Part shown: piece by piece, positions 63,828-64,000 of the stretch
Layout: the number at the start of each line of letters is the position of its first letter
Position numbering within the stretch: position 1 is the stretch's first letter
Notes under the pieces: model-generated
What the model was told of the DNA's origin: nothing
Databases searched by the model: none
The model's input: only the letters and a program-made list of their open reading frames with translations
Source: Isurus oxyrinchus
Taxonomy: Eukaryota
Assembly: GCA_026770705.1 (NCBI GenBank)
Contig: JANJGN010000323.1
Location: forward strand, 496,001 to 560,000
Reading direction: 5' to 3'
Length of the DNA: 64,000 bases
Translations under genes and position numbers: made by a program

Positions 63828-64000
63828 GTGAGTGTGGAGATACATTTGTTTGTTTGTTGTCTCCGTGGTCTCCGTGGAGCCATTGGGATCGTGTTGTTTT
63901 TAATCCAGTTTTCTTCAATCCTCGCTCAGTCCACGTTATCCACACATCCAATTTTTCCTCTCCCTTTCTGTTTTTGCTCTCAGTTTCTCCTTCAATGGTT

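Overview
Eukaryotic intron-exon DNA, most likely a cartilaginous fish (inferred from the SINE/CR1/L2/Penelope repeat landscape). The + strand carries a tandem cluster of four Siglec-like immunoglobulin-superfamily receptor genes/pseudogenes (labelled A-D here). The shared plan is: PU.1/AP-1 promoter + 85-nt non-coding exon, leader exon, 1-2 V-set exons with the Siglec F-strand Arg (YFFRIE), a Siglec-type second C2 exon, then a variable number of near-identical 282-nt phase-1 C2 exons each followed by a CA microsatellite, then one of three different TM/tail modules. Gene A (enters at left edge, ends ~12407): 9 repeat exons (one internally deleted), neutral TM, probable tail with YENC/YANC/SVYGNL motifs. 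Gene B (15.2-20.3 kb): pseudogene with an Arg-containing TM and short tail (activating type). Gene C (23.9-42.1 kb): pseudogenised ectodomain with two V exons, but intact membrane-proximal Ig, TM and ITIM-like/ITSM-like tail exons. Gene D (45.9 kb to beyond the right edge): two intact V exons, C2 and 8 repeat exons (one with a stop). Introns contain CR1/L2/RTE LINE fragments, a Gypsy gag remnant, SINEs, Penelope-like elements with minimal hammerhead motifs (one with ~950-bp inverted arms and a TSD), minisatellites and inverted duplications. Five N-gaps lie in the CA tracts, so repeat counts are provisional. All gene models are read by eye from splice signals and reading frames, with no expression evidence.
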